A stretch of 64,000 bases of DNA from Octopus vulgaris (taxonomy: Eukaryota). The stretch spans positions 100,626,001-100,690,000 of the forward strand of contig OX597822.1 in NCBI GenBank assembly GCA_951406725.2, read 5' to 3'. Shown here one piece after another: positions 62,498 through 64,000 of the stretch. The position numbers and the translations under genes are program-made. The notes beneath the pieces were generated by a model that did not search any database, was not told where the DNA came from, and saw nothing but the letters and a program-made list of their open reading frames with translations. The stretch's first letter is position 1. Each line of letters begins with the position of its first letter.

Positions 62498-63817
62498 TTT
62501 ATGGAGATTTTTTTCCTTTTTTGGCTTTAATAAGTAGTACATTACACTACCTTTGGTATTCGAGTACTATTTTTTCCACCTTGTTTTGCATTTATGTACT
62601 TGCTTTCTTATGAATGTGGTCAGCGTCAAATCATGAGGTAGCAAGTTTGATTCCTGGACTGGGTTGTGTCCTTGAGCAAGACACTTTATTTAACATCTCT
62701 CCAGTTCACTCAGCTATAGAAATGAGTTGCAATGCAACTGGTGCCAAGCTGTATTGATCAGTTTTTGCTTTTCCCTTGGATAACATCAGTAGCATCAAGA
62801 GGAGAGGCTGGTATGCATGGGCAACAGTTGGCCTTCCACAAACAACCATGCCTGGACTTATGCCTGAGAGGGGAACTTTGTAGGTGCAACCCCATGGTCA
62901 TTCATGACTGAAGGGGGTCCTATATATATAGGGAGAATTCACACACAAAAAAAACAAAAGATGAAGACAGGTGGTGTAGACAACAAACAGATGTATTAGT
63001 TTAATGCCCAGGAAGTGAAAAAGTCTTTAACGTTCCAAGCCTACACTCCTTTATATATATATGTTTGTGTGTGTGTGTGTGTGTGTGCAATCCCACTGGC
63101 AGCTTTGAACTTTCTTCCATCCAAAAGTTCTTTTTAACCCAGTATTCTTCATGCTGCTACTTAAAGCTTTATCTACTTTGAGTTCCAACATTAAACTAAT
63201 TTACTTCAATTCTTGAAGTTCCTAAATTTTTATAACGTAAACAACAAACAATTCTCACTGGTAAAAACTCAGCTTCTAAATGAATGGAGACAATTCGAAG
63301 TGTTTGCTTTGCTATAATGATTAGAATCTCTGTCAAGTTTACAGAAGATTTGAGTTTACATACCATGGGCAGTTATTGACTTTTATCCCCCATCCAAGGA
63401 TTTTTTAAAAACTCAGTATTCTATACGCCATTATATATAAGACCCCACCACTGAAGAATCACTGTGTTTTCTTCAAAGTTATAACTTATAACCGGCAGGT
63501 ATTCGAAACAAACCGTTCTTCAAACTTTTCTCGTAGTATGGATGAGGTATATAAGGGGAATAACTCATGCAAATTATTTTAAAGTCACCATTGCAATAGT
63601 ATACTTAAGATCGTCAGTACTCTAATCAACGGTATTCCACCTGTAACTAAGTTTTTTTCTCCTCCTCCCCAGATTAAGTGTATCTAAAGCATTATTTAAC
63701 CAGGTCCTTCCTTTCTTTTAAGATGGTGGGGTATGGTCAAGAAGTTTGCTTCCCATTCATGTAGTCTAGGTTTAGACCCAGTCTGGCACTTTTGTCAAGT
63801 GCCTTCTACCATAACAT

Positions 63818-64000
63818 TCATCATCATCATCATCGTTTAACGTCTGCTTTCCATGCTAGCATGGGTTGGACGATTTTGACTGAGGGCTGGCGAACCTGAT
63901 GGCTGCACCAGGCTCCAATCTTGATTTGGCAGAGTTTCTACAGCTGGATGCCCTCCCTTACACCAACCACTCCAGGAGTGTAGTGGGTGCTTTTTATGTG
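63818..64000 (-). mobile_element. Family A copy running off the window end
   Basis: (CAT)n + reverse-complement tail and core. Confidence 0.85.

Noticed and set aside
62931-63050. Penelope-like end with a hammerhead remnant on the minus strand (related fragment 3100-3200)
   Set aside because: GAAAC is mutated to GGAAC and the CUGANGA half is missing; too degraded to call.
48100-64000. A second host gene downstream of the kinase
   Set aside because: No spliceable exons with recognisable protein similarity were seen; the ORFs I could interpret map to repeats.

Overview
AT-rich, repeat-dense animal genomic DNA; the SINE/LINE/MITE repertoire looks cephalopod (octopus-like), which is an inference from recalled repeat families. 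One gene is present, on the + strand: the 3' part of a GCKIII-subfamily Ste20-like kinase (STK24/STK25/STK26, GckIII). I can splice 11 GT-AG exons (1206-1371, 16470-16627, 19921-20106, 21511-21656, 24646-24754, 27951-27989, 33302-33382, 37758-37871, 42862-42978, 44503-44696, 47063-47072) into one 1320-nt frame (439 aa plus stop). It runs from kinase subdomain V through an expanded linker with three symmetric cassette-type exons to the PDCD10/CCM3-binding C-terminal domain; the 5' exons lie upstream and the 3' UTR ends near 48.0 kb. The rest is transposon-derived: about 19 5'-truncated copies of an RTE-type LINE 3' end whose UTR is built from tandem hairpin+pseudoknot modules, at least four tRNA-derived SINE families, two piggyBac-like TTAA MITE families, four non-autonomous Helitrons, a fossil hAT transposase, and Penelope-like remnants with minimal hammerhead ribozyme folds. 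Almost all listed ORFs other than the kinase exons are repeat or microsatellite artefacts. Everything was read by eye: no alignment, folding or database search was run.
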